Made by a program: the position numbers and the translations under genes. From contig NC_058368.1 of NCBI RefSeq assembly GCF_018350175.1, forward strand, positions 40,302,001 through 40,366,000: 64,000 nucleotides of DNA. The letters are read 5' to 3'. Each line of letters opens with the position of its first letter. The first letter of the stretch is position 1. Source of the stretch: Felis catus (taxonomy: Eukaryota). The notes beneath the pieces were generated by a model. That model did not search any database and was not told the origin of the DNA. It worked only from the letters and a program-made list of their open reading frames with translations. Below, in pieces: positions 53,285-64,000 of the stretch.

Positions 53285-53434
53285 TTGATGTAAAATATTT
53301 TAGCTAAATAATTTATATTGTCAAGAGTAGGTGCAGGCAGAATTTAGAACATTTCATAAAAGGAAACATTTTAATGAAAATTGTAATAGAGTGAAGTTCA
53401 TATTTTTATGTAAATCCAATTTTATTTATATTAA

Positions 53435-54633
53435 AAACAAAAGGCAATTAAAATAATGTGGGTACTGGAACAAAAATAGACACATAGACCAATGGAACAG
53501 AATAGTCCACAAATAAACCCATTATGGTGAATTAATCTATGACAAAAGAGGGAAGAATATATACTGGGAAAAAGGATCTTCAACAAATTGTGTTGGGAAG
53601 AGTGGATAGCTACATGCAGAAGAATGAAACTGGACCACTTTCTTACACCATACAAGAAATAAATTTGAAATTGATTAAAGACCTAAATGTGAGATTTGAA
53701 ACCATAAAATTCCTAGAAGAAATTTAGGTAGAAATTTCTTTGATATCAGCCATGAAAACATTTTTCTAACTATGTCTTCTCTGGGAAGGGAAACAAAAGC
53801 AAAATTGGGATCATGCCAAAATAAAAGCTTTTACTCAGTAAAGGAAATTATCAACCAAACAAAAAGACAATCTACTGAATGGGATGGATATCCAAAATAT
53901 ATAAACACAAACAAAAAAAACTTACACAACTCAACACCAAGAAACCACAAATAATTAAAATTAAAAATGGGCAGAGGACCTGAATCGACATTTTTTTCAA
54001 AGAAGACATACAGATGACCAACAGACACATGAAAAGAGGCTTAAAATCACTAATCATCAGTGAAATTCAAATTAAAACTGCAATGAGATATAACCTCATA
54101 CCTCCCAGAATGGCTGAAATAAAAACCATAAGAAATAACAACTGATGACAAGGATGTGGAGAAAAGGAACCTTGTGCACTGTTGATGGGAATGTATATTT
54201 GTGTAGCTACTTGGAAAATAGTATGGAGGTTCCTCAAAAAATTAAAAAATAGAATTACTATATATTCTAGTAATTGCACTACTGGGTATTTACACAAAGA
54301 AAATGAAAACACTAATTTGAAAGGTTATATGTACCCCTGTGTTTATTGCAGCATTGTTTACAATAGCCAAGTTACGGACTTAACCCATGTCCATCAATAG
54401 ATGAAAGTATAAGATATGGTATATACTGGAATATTACTCAGCCATAAAAAGGAATGAAATCTTTTTTTTTTTCAACAACATGGATGGACCTAGAGGGTAT
54501 AATGCTAAGTGAAATAAGTCAGAGTAGGACAAAAACAATGTATAGAATGTAATGTACAGAACTGTTGACTCATTATATTGTACACCTTTAGCCACTATAA
54601 CACTGTATGTTAATTACTCTTGGATTAAAAAAA
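53435..54633 (+). mobile_element. 5'-truncated carnivore L1 (L1_Carn-like): ORF2 3' end, 3'UTR and A tail
   Basis: aaaaatagacacatagaccaatggaacagaata; ORF 54182 WKIVWRFLKKLK; ctagagggtataatgctaagtgaaataagtc. Confidence 0.92.
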
Positions 54634-55027
54634 TGCAACACATTTATTTAGTTAAAGATGATTAAACTCATTTAAATTATTTACAGAATATAAAAAGTTT
54701 GCCTCAGAATTTTTGGGTGATATATAGGGCATTATAAATGTTCAGAATAACAGGAAAGAAGTACAGACTTCATGATTTGAGTGCTCCTTCTTGAATGCTT
54801 TAGTCAGAATATATGTACGTATTCATTTGAACTATTTCTCTTATGAACTGTGTAAGCTTTTCCAGTTTATAGTTCTTGTAACATCTTTTATATTATTTTA
54901 TTTAATATGGTTTTAGGTAATAAAACTTGGGCATCAGGATATAAAATGAAAAAAAAATCCAAGTTGCATATTTGGTGACATTAAATTCTTCTTTGTTTTA
55001 GAAAATAAATGTTAAAATCTGATTTTT

Positions 55028-55243
55028 ATTTACTTAAAATTTTTTTTTAATGAGAGAGAGAGAGACTGAGACAGAGCACAGGCAGAGTGGCAGCAGAGAG
55101 AGAGGGAGACACAGAATCTGAAGCAAGCTCCAGGCTCCAAGCTGTCAGCACAGAATCTGACGCAGGGCTCAAACCCACAAACCATGAGATCATGACCTTA
55201 GCTGAAGTTGGAAGCATAACCGACTGAGCCATCTAGGTACCCC
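55028..55243 (-). mobile_element. Can-SINE
   Basis: TSD taaaat(c/a)tgatttt. Confidence 0.94.
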
Positions 55244-55542
55244 TAAAATATGATTTTCATAGCTTCAATATACGTATTTTCTCTTTGCATTCTTAGAGGT
55301 CATTTTGCTAAAGACTGCCCAAATAGTTGTCTCATCAAGCATGAAAGGAAATGCCTGCAAAGAATTAAAATATTCTTTTCAATTCCCAAAGGCAGTATTT
55401 TAAGCAAGTAGTCAATAGTTATAATGTTATAAAGCTGGTGGAAATGAATCTTCAAATAAGTGGTTAACTCTGTACAAGTTTAAGAGCTGAGCAAACACAG
55501 TCTTGTCTTTTGGGATTAGTTGAATATTGGGTTAAAATAATT

Positions 55543-55618
55543 ATTATACTCTATAATTATACTCTATATTATACTCTATATTAAACTCTATAATTTTTAT
55601 ACTCTATTATACTCTATT
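55543..55618. repeat. Minisatellite, ~6 x 12-13 bp (attatactctat)
   Basis: Direct inspection. Confidence 0.9.
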
Positions 55619-55661
55619 GTATGCTAAATCTACTTTTTCTTTAATCTTTAGTCCAAATTCA

Positions 55662-57165
55662 TTTTTTTTAATATGAAATTTATTCTCAAATTGGTTTCCA
55701 TACAACACCCAGTGCTCATCCCAACCGGTGCCCTCCTCAATGCCCATCACACACTTTCCCCTCCCTCCAGCCCCCCCATCAACCCTCAGTTTAGTCTCAG
55801 TTTTTTAAGAGTCTCTTATGGTTTGCCTCCCTCCCTCTCTTAACTTTTTTTTTCTTCCCCTCCCCCACGGTCTTCTGTTAAGTTTCTCAGCATCCACACA
55901 AGAGTGAAAACATACAGTATCTTTCTCTGTATGACTTATTTCACTTAGCAGAACACTCTCCCAGTTCCAGTTCCAAAAGGCCATATTTCATACTTTCTCA
56001 TTGCCACATACTATTCCATTGTGTATATAAACCACAATTTCTTTATCCATTAATCAGTTGATGGACATTTAGGCTTTTTCCACAATTTGGCTATTGTTGA
56101 GAGTGCTGCTATAAACATTGGGGTACAAGTGCCCCTATGCATCAGCACTCCTGTATCCCTTGGGTAAATTCCTAGCAGCGCTATTGCTGGGTCATAGGGT
56201 AGATCTATTTTTAATTTTTTGAGGAACTCCACACTGTTTTCCAGAGTGGCTGTACCAGTTTGCATTCCCACCAACAGTGCAAGAGGGTTCCCGTTTCTCC
56301 ACATCCTCTCCAGTATCTATAGTCTCCTGATTTGTTCATTTTAGCCACTCTGACTGGCATGAGGTGATATCTGAGTGTGGTTTTGATGTGTATTTCCCTG
56401 ATGAGGAGTGACGTTGAGCATCTTTTCATGTGCCTGTTGGCCATCTGGATGTCTTCTTTAGAGAAGTGTCTATTCATGTTTTCTGCCCATTTCTTCCCTG
56501 GATTATTTGTTTTCTGGATGTGGAGTTGGGTGAGTTCTTTATAGATTTTGGATACTAGCCCTTTGTCTGATATGTCATTTGCAAATATCTTTTCCCATTC
56601 CGTCGGTTGCCTTTTAGTTTTGTTGATTGTTTCCTTTGCAGTGCAGAAGCTTTTTATCTGGATGAGGTCCCAATAGTTTATTTTTGCGTTTAATTCCCTT
56701 GCCTTTGGAGATGTGTCAGGTAAGAAATTGCTGCACCTCAGGTCAGAGAGGTCTTTTCCTGCCTTCTCCTCTAGGGTTTTGATGGTCTCCTGTCTCACAT
56801 TCAGGTCTTTTATCCATTTTGAGTTTATTTTTGTGAATGCTGTAAGAAAGTGGTCCAGTTTCATTTTTCTGCATGTTGCTGTCCAGTTCTCCCAGCACCA
56901 TTTGTTAAAGAGACTCTTTTTTCCATTGGATGTTCTTTCCTGCTTTGTCAAAGATTAGTTGGCCAAACGTTTGTGGGTCTAATTCTGGGGTTTCTATTCT
57001 ATTCCATTGGTCTATGTGTCTGTTTTTGTGCCAATACCATGCTGTCTTGATGATGACAGCTTTGTAGTAGAGACTAAAGTCTGGGATTGTGATGCCTCCT
57101 GCTTTGGTCTTCTTCTTCAATATTATTTTGGCTATTCAGGGTCTTTTGTGGTTCCATACAAATTT
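55662..57165 (-). mobile_element. Young felid L1 (L1_Fc-like), 5'-truncated ~1.5 kb, frameshifted ORF2 C-terminus
   Basis: ORFs 56905-57120, 56211-56951 and 56050-56304 give [48 protein letters not shown] and LPYDPAIALLGIYP. Felid-type 3'UTR ttggtttccatacaacacccagtgctcatccc and T tail. Confidence 0.96.
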
Positions 57166-57340
57166 TTTAATCGAATTTGCAATACTTATTTGGAGTTCAT
57201 ATCTAATTACTGCATTATAAAGTATAATAAACCATGTCATAATATCCATTTGAGTATTTTACCAGAACTCACTAGAAGGGTTATCTGCGACTTATTAACT
57301 GGTGTGTAAGTGAAAAACTGACCTTTATGTGAAAGATTCT

Positions 57341-57566
57341 TTTTTTTTTTAATTTTTTTTCCAACGTTTATTTATTTTTGGGACAGAGAGAGACAGAGCA
57401 TGAACGGGGGAAGGGCAGAGAGAGAGAGGGAGACGCAGAATCGGAAACAGGCTCCAGGCTCCGAGCCATCAGCCCAGAGCCCGACGCGGGGCTCAAATTC
57501 ACGGACCGCGAGATCGTGACCTGGCTGAAGTCGGACGCTTAACCGACTGCGCCACCCAGGCGCCCC
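57341..57566 (-). mobile_element. Young SINEC_Fc
   Basis: CpG-rich; perfect 15-bp TSD tatgtgaaagattct. Confidence 0.97.
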
Positions 57567-57732
57567 TATGTGAAAGATTCTAATACATATATTTGATTAT
57601 TCACAGTAATTTTGCAATATAGACAATTCAGTGAAGCCTAGTGCTGGAAAATACTATAATTAAATTTTATTACAGATTTTTTAAAAAAATAGCTTATTTT
57701 GTAAATAATTAGTAAGAGTTTTCTGTAATATT

Positions 57733-57941
57733 TTTTTTATTTAAATTTTTTTTAACATTTATTTATCACTGAGAGGCAGAGCATGAGAGGGGCAGAGAGA
57801 GGGGGAGACACAGAATCTGAAGTAGGCTCCAGGATCCAGCTGTCAGCACAGAGCCTTTCGTGGGGCTTGTAGTCACCAACCGAGAGATCATGATCTGAGC
57901 CAAAGTCAGACGCTTAACTGACTGAGCCACCCAGGTGCCCC
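57733..57941 (-). mobile_element. Can-SINE
   Basis: TSD tgtaatatttt. Confidence 0.94.
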
Positions 57942-58463
57942 TGTAATATTTTAAAATAATGTTTAAGATTCATTCTTTCAATATTTTATTCATTAATTAT
58001 CTTATTCAAGATAAATGTATTTTGAAGTTGAAGAAATTAATCAAAGAAAGATTAAGTATCTTAAGCAAGTCTAAACATTAAGAACTGATAGGGTAGTAGA
58101 CCAATGATTTCAGCCTAATTAATGACACTCCAGACTCTCATATTAAAACTATGTTTTAAACTTCTCTCAGAATTACATACAAAGGGAGAAGTTAGTAACT
58201 GGAAATAAATAAGCCAAATCACTATGTCAGTAGAAAGCTCTGTTTAGTAGTGATATAATTTTTGCTTATGGCATTGAAAAAGTATCTTTTGAATTGCTTT
58301 TAAAAGATTTCTTATTGAAGTTAAAATAAAAAGCTATAGAGGACAGAAGAAAGAAGCCTCCTATTACTAATTGATATAATTTAGAGAATTTTTAACCAAG
58401 TTGCTAATGGAATGAACTCAAGTTCAACTTAGAATATTTAGATAGAAAACAGTAATTTTAAAT

Positions 58464-58664
58464 GTTTTTTAATGTTAATTTTTTTTTTTTGAGAGAGAGA
58501 GAAAGTGGGGGAGGTGCAGAGAGAGGGAGACACAGAATCAGAAGCAGGCTCCAGGCTCTGAGCTGTCAGCACAGAGCCTGATGCAGGGCTCGAACTCACG
58601 GACCGTGAGATCATGACCTGAGCCGAAGTCGGACGCTCAACCGACTGAGCCACCCAGGCGCCCC
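58464..58664 (-). mobile_element. Can-SINE (SINEC_Fc2-like)
   Basis: 20-bp TSD agaaaac(a/c)gtaattttaaat. Confidence 0.96.
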
Positions 58665-58861
58665 AGAAAACCGTAATTTTAAATATAAGTAAACTATTAC
58701 AGGCATGAACAGCCTATGTGTAAAGCCTGATGTCACATAAATACTATTAAAGATAATTTCTTGATCTTTGTGAGACTTAAAAATAATTTATTTCATCCAT
58801 AATTGGCATTTTACCCTCAGTCTATCTGCATTCAAGAACATAGTTTCTGAAGCCAATATTC

Positions 58862-59258
58862 TTTTTTTTTTTTAAGTAATGAAAATTTATTAAGCATTCC
58901 TGGGATGGTGGTTATTGCCTCCAAACCTGGAGGGAGGAACCAACACTGTAGGAAGGCTCTCTGAAATCACACTGTCCCAATAACTCTGGCCAACACAGGG
59001 AGAAGCAAAATCATTCCCTAGAAAATTGGTCAGGCTTTGTTCATCCAAGAAGGGCTGGAGGTCAGAGGTATAAGGGACAATCACATGATACTGGAGGGCG
59101 GGGTGGGGGGATGGGTGGCGTGCTGGACCCCAAGCTGGATCCTTAAAAACCAGGGGAGAAACTGATTCACTTCTTCTCTGGTGGTGGAGTTCCTGATCAC
59201 CAGGCTCATTTCTTACCCTTGATGAAGCTGTCACTGCCCTGGGTAAAACTTTCATCCT
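58862..59258 (-). pseudogene. PHB2: 5'-truncated processed pseudogene (retrocopy) of prohibitin-2: last 16 codons, 3'UTR and polyA
   Basis: - strand 59256-59206 reads DESFTQGSDSFIKGKK* (human PHB2 ends DESFTRGSDSLIKGKK*). About 330 nt of UTR-like sequence follows, then AATAAA (58891-58886) and a 12-nt A tail (58873-58862). TSD-like agccaatattct / agctaatattct. Confidence 0.9.
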
Positions 59259-59512
59259 AATATTCTAATATTAGAATATTCATAGCTAATATTCTAACAG
59301 AAACTCATTGAAATTGGTCTTAAACTAAGTTTAGTCCTTCCATCTTAAGAACTGATTTTACTAGGTTTTCTGTATAATTCTATATTTGTTAATGAAAGCT
59401 GTAGTAATACAGCCGTAGATTATGTTGCTTACTTACTGCTTCACTATTTTTGGTAATTCAACATATTTCACCGAGAATTATTTGTGCTATTTGAATAGAA
59501 TAGGTTAATTTT

Positions 59513-59692
59513 GGGGGGACCTGACTTCAGCTCAGGTCATGATCTTAATGGTTCTTGGGTTCAAGCTCTGCATTGGGCTCTGTGCTGACAGCTTGGAGCT
59601 TGGAGCCTGCTTTGGATTCTCTGTCTCCCTCTCTCTTTGCCCCTCCCCAACTTGTGCTCTGTCTCTATCTCAAAAATAAACATTAAAAAACA
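59513..59692 (+). mobile_element. Can-SINE with an internal 5' deletion
   Basis: ggggggacctg joins directly to acttcagctcagg, missing the ggtggctcag...aag segment seen in the other copies. Confidence 0.9.
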
Positions 59693-59827
59693 GAAAAATT
59701 ATCAAGTTATGAGATTATTGTTGATGTAGCATGATAAACTGAAAAGTAGGCTTTATTTGGATTCCACCACTGAGGTTTAGTTTATGGTCCAGGATCCAAT
59801 CCGGAATTGATTTATTTCTCATCTTTC

Positions 59828-60327
59828 TGTGATAAGCAGAATACTACTTCTACACTCCACCAAGATGTTCATGTCCTAATCCCTATACCTGTGATTATGT
59901 TACTTTACGTGATAAAAGGGATTTTGCAATTATTAAAGCTATGATTGAAGGTATAGGCCTTGAGATGGGAAGATTACTACTGATTTTCAAGGTGGGCACA
60001 TTCTTTCCATATGAATCCCCTAAAGCAGAGAACCTTTTGTGACTGTGGTCAGAAAGAGATATGAAAATAGAAGGAAGGTCAGAGAAATGTGATGTTGCTG
60101 GCTTTGACTGTGGAGATAATGGGCCAACAGCCAAGGAATGCAGGCAGCCTCTAAAAGCTATGGTCATGGACCTCCAGAAAGAGATTCAGTCTTACTGATA
60201 CCTTATTTTAGCCCAGTGAGTATGACATTGAACTTTTGATTTTCAGAACAGTAAAATAATAAACTTGTGTTGTTTCAAGCTACTAAATTTGTGGTAATTT
60301 GTTATAGTAGTAATAGAAATTTAATTA
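59828..60327 (+). mobile_element. MLT1D-like MaLR solo LTR
   Basis: tgtgataagcagaat...gtcctaatccc, agccaaggaatgcaggcagcctcta, taaatttgtggtaatttgttatag. Confidence 0.9.
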
Positions 60328-60334
60328 GAATTCT

Positions 60335-61150
60335 CCAATATATTACAGCAACTTCAGTATCATATTTCATGACTGACATTTTTTTAGAGAGAAGTTCAGT
60401 TATTTATAGAAGATTTCTCAATTTTGATTTGTCTGAAGTTTTTTTATTTTTTCCTTTCTCAAAACGAGATTGTGAAGAAAGTACCACAGAAGTGATATAT
60501 TCCTTTCGCTGAATAAATCAGGGATTACATGGTGTCATATTATCAATACGTGATATTAACCTTCAGCACTTGGTTAAACTAGTGCCTGCTAGGATTCTAC
60601 ACTATAAATTTACTTGTTTTCTCTCTATAACATAGTTTATAATTGTTTGAAACTAGATGTATATAATATATACTGTTTTAGCTTAAATATTTGTCTACTA
60701 ATTTCTGCATCCATTGATATTCTAGCCTGTGAAAATTACTTCTTTGGTATTCTGCTGGTGATTTTCTAGTGATCATTCTTTCTACATTTTTAATGGGGAA
60801 TTTCTATAAGGAAGAGTTACTCCTTTTCTTTTTTTTCCTTCCTCCCTTCATCCTTCTTTCCTTCCCTCCCTCCCTCCATCTATTATTAATATGGACTCAT
60901 GGAGGTTTGTTTTATTTTTTGGGTTATAATCTAATGCTGTCATTATTTGTTTTGTACTCACAGTATTTCAGTGTTGGAAATGGGGAGATCTTTTATGTTG
61001 GTTTCCTACATTCTTTTGACATTCCCCTGTTTTTTGGTCTTTCTGCTCTAACATTGGAATCAATGAATTTTACAAAGAATTTCTAACTCCTCCTGGTGAA
61101 AAATACAGATTTGGGCAGTAGGTGTACTTGTTGCTACTGGCGTGTAATTG
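60335..61150 (-). mobile_element. Old L1M (L1MC4/5-type) 3'UTR remnant
   Basis: tctcaattttgatttgtctga, gtgatattaaccttcagcacttggttaa, atggactcatgg. Confidence 0.7.
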
Positions 61151-62634
61151 CTGGATTTTGAACCTAGAAGGAAAAATATTCTTCAGTGATTTTTACTGTT
61201 ATTCATCCCAGAATGTGTTTTGGGTTAAAGAAACAATTTACACAGTAGAAAATTAATAAAATGAAATTGAATTTTATTCAGTCTTTAGTCATTTATTTTT
61301 ATATTTTCATTACTCTGATATTTAAATCAGAAACCACAATTTTTACTGTACTTATTATCATTGTGCAAAATGAACACAATGCCATAAAAGTGAGCACTCA
61401 AGCAAATATTTATTATTGCAGATTATTATTGATGATTATATTTTGAAGCAAGGTTAAATTAAGTGTGAGAATCCTAATGTAAGAGAAGGGTAGAATAGAA
61501 TAAAGTTGAAAATCAAAAACATTTCCAAGCAACTGTGATATATTCTTATTCTTGAGGAACTTAAATCCTGGGCAGTCTAGTTTTACTGTCCTTCTTCTGA
61601 AGGACAGCCATGAATATCCTTGAATGTGTTTTTAGTATTGTTTTGTACTAGGGTCCTTGGTAATTTTACTCATTGTATCAAAGGTGTTCATGATGATGGC
61701 TTAGGATTTGAAATCCTAAAATATGTATTAGCTTGGGGGAAAAGATTTGAGTATTACAGGCACAGCACAATCATAAAATTTATTATCTATACTTAATTTA
61801 AAAACGATTTGAAATCAACAATATAAGAGTTAATTTTATTGGGTATACTCTTATACATCTAACTTGAGACATGTTTGAAAAGGATTGTAATTTTAATTTT
61901 GGGAATCTAAAATTTAAGAAGAAAAAAAGCCCCCAAATTGCTGTTTTTCTTTTACGAGTTACACAGTGTAGATAGTCTAATAATGTATTAAAAAGACTTT
62001 TAAAATCCAAATACTTACCTTTTTTTTTTTTTTTTTTTAGCCCATACTACATTTTAGAGAACCGTCAAATCTTAATTTCTTCTAGGGGACAAAAAAGCAA
62101 CACTTTATCTTATTTTTTTAGTTATTTCTAGAATTGAGAGCTGAACTGTCTACACATGAAGTAATTTATTTCAGATAGCTATGATGTAAATATCACTTAA
62201 ATACTATAAACATTTTTTGCTAAAGTTACTTCAGTAAATATGTTTTACTTCTGTATATTTTTATCTGTAGTATAGTTAACTTGGTATTGCTTTAAATTAA
62301 TTGCTTATATCTGATGTGGAATTAGAATGCACCAGCTAGATAAACAAACAAAGAAGTTTTGTGTCCCTGGAAAGATCTGAGATATCTGAGTGGGGACCTA
62401 AGGAGGTTTTCTATGAATAAAGTACAGCTCAGAGAAATATTTTCCCATGCATTGTATTTGCCCCAAAGTGAACTACTTTCATGTTTCAATGGCTGATCCT
62501 AATTGTAATGTACTTTTGGTTGGATGAATATGTCCTGTTTATCCCATACACGTTTCATTAGTTTATTAAAGACTTGGTAGTCATAATTGAAAAAGGCTTA
62601 ATTTTATTATATGTAACAGTTTTAATGCTTTCAG

Positions 62635-62708
62635 CATCTCAAAAATCAGTTACTGCATCTCTCTGCAACTCTGTACCGCAGGTGACTACAGCCTACCATA
62701 CACAGTAG
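62635..62708 (+). other. Weak candidate exon of the host gene
   Basis: Acceptor ttttaatgctttcag|C at 62634/62635, possible donor CAG|GTGACT at 62681/62682, locally higher GC, not an obvious repeat. No protein recognised. Confidence 0.25.
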
Positions 62709-62826
62709 AACAGTATTGAGAGTGAAAAGGGATAAACGACTCTGACAAGTGAACACACAAGTAAACTTATGTACTGTCCAAGCCCACCAAGTCAGATGAT
62801 CATGCTACATATGCTCCTTTCATAAT

Positions 62827-63031
62827 TAAAAATTTTTAATGTTTATTTATTTTTGAGAGACAGAATGAGAGTGGGAGAGGGGCAGAGAGAGAGGGAGACA
62901 CAGAATCTGAAGCAAGCTCCAGGCTCCGAGCTGTGAGCACAGAGCCCGATGTGGAGCTCAAACTTATGAGCCCTGAGATCATGTCTGAATCGAAGTTGGA
63001 TGCTCAACTGACTGAGCCACCCAGGCGCCCC
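62827..63031 (-). mobile_element. Can-SINE
   Basis: Reverse SINE ending ccacccaggcgcccc. Confidence 0.95.
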
Positions 63032-63249
63032 ATAACCATCTTTAATATTTTTCAGATTAATGTTCCAGTGAAGACATACAGTGATTTATATAAGGGATCA
63101 ATTTATTTGCATTTAACATCAAGACTTTTTTATAAGAGGGAAGCTCCACCAGAGTTCCTCTAAGTGTTAATCGATTTTTTTCTATCAATTACCAGGAATT
63201 ATGTTGCCCACAAGGCACCTATGTATTTCTCATTTAATTGTCAAACACA

Positions 63250-63365
63250 TATATGAAGTGTTATGGTATTTTTTTTCAGATGAGAAACATGAGACTCAGA
63301 GAATTTGTCTAATTTCTAAAGCTTCTGATAGAGCAGAATTTCAGATTGGCAGCCAGGTCCCATAT
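63250..63365 (-). mobile_element. MIR remnant
   Basis: tttcagatgagaaacatgagactcagaga is the MIR core reverse complement. Confidence 0.65.
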
Positions 63366-63549
63366 TACTTCAAGTATTTATTCACAAATACCGTAGAAAA
63401 ATGAGTATATTTAATTTATATTTTAGGTTTATTCTAAATATGTTTTTGTTTCTCCCATTTGAAGCCCATTTAATACTTTGTTAATGCCATGCACAACTTC
63501 ATCGATAATTAATTTTTCAAAGAAAAAGAATATGTTAGCTAAGAGATTA

Positions 63550-63690
63550 CGTCTGATTCCTAGGATCAGAAGTTGGCTCTGCTACCCAAAAGTTTATGGT
63601 CTTGGGAAAGTCACAACCTCTCTGTCCTGAGTTTCCTCATTCTGTGAACCCATCAAACAGGATCTATAGTTGTTTTGAAAAGTGTTAGTA
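63550..63690 (+). mobile_element. MIR remnant
   Basis: ggctctgctac...cttgggaaagtcacaacctctctgtcctgagtttcctcat. Confidence 0.75.
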
Positions 63691-64000
63691 TACATTATAT
63701 TAGTTAACATAGGTAAAGTATTAATTATTACTATATTTCAATTGTTTAATGTTTATAAAAATATAAATTTATATGTGTTATATATGTTTATGAGTACTTC
63801 ATATATGTGTATAAATAATATGCTCATAAGTATATCCCTTTATATATGTTTATATGTATGTAACTATGTTTATAAACAAATGTGAATTTAAATAGGAATC
63901 ATTTATATCTATACTTACACTTATATATATAATATTTATATTTGTCCACATTTATAAAGTATAATACTTCATAATAAATCAGGAAATATATGGCAAATGC

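Noticed and set aside
56211..56951. 246-aa ORF as a host gene
   Set aside because: It is the L1 ORF2 C-terminal fragment of a 5'-truncated, frameshifted copy.
58890..59255. 121-aa - strand ORF (MKVLPRAV...)
   Set aside because: It is an out-of-frame read through the PHB2 C-terminal codons and 3'UTR of a promoterless truncated retrocopy.
62010..62130. Poly-T followed by AG (+ acceptor), overlapping a - strand AG|GTAAGT donor-like motif
   Set aside because: Downstream frames stop quickly, there is no partner splice site and no recognisable protein; likely a simple poly-T tract.
2642..63163. Recurring short ORFs with SAQVMIS/EPASDSVS/GSGHDL motifs that suggest a gene family
   Set aside because: All map onto Can-SINE bodies.

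Overview
AT-rich mammalian genomic DNA from a feliform carnivore, most likely a cat-family species (26 Can-SINE/SINEC_Fc-type tRNA-derived SINEs and a felid-type L1). It looks like the interior of a long intron of a + strand gene. A probable coding exon ends at nt 57 (...ANDSQPQ|GTAATT); I cannot identify the gene, and a weaker exon candidate lies at ~62635. Nearly all ORFs in the track derive from repeats or are noise. Three structures stand out. (1) A decayed two-LTR class III (ERVL, LTR40/HERVL40-like) provirus at 40656-53284 has gag, protease, RNase H and integrase remnants, no visible RT core, and a gamma-type env TM remnant (ISD plus CX6CC); a ~6.3 kb antisense L1 and SINEs are nested in it. 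(2) A 5'-truncated processed PHB2 (prohibitin-2) retrocopy lies at 58862-59258 (-), with a perfect 22-bp palindrome built from target-site sequence at its 5' junction. (3) There are several closely spaced inverted SINE pairs, old CR1/L3, L2, MIR, MLT1 and MER44 fossils, a 76-bp tandem duplication and a few motif-rich unique segments that may be enhancers. Repeat family names come from my recall of consensus sequences, not a database search, and boundaries of old repeats are approximate. I found no intact novel protein-coding system.
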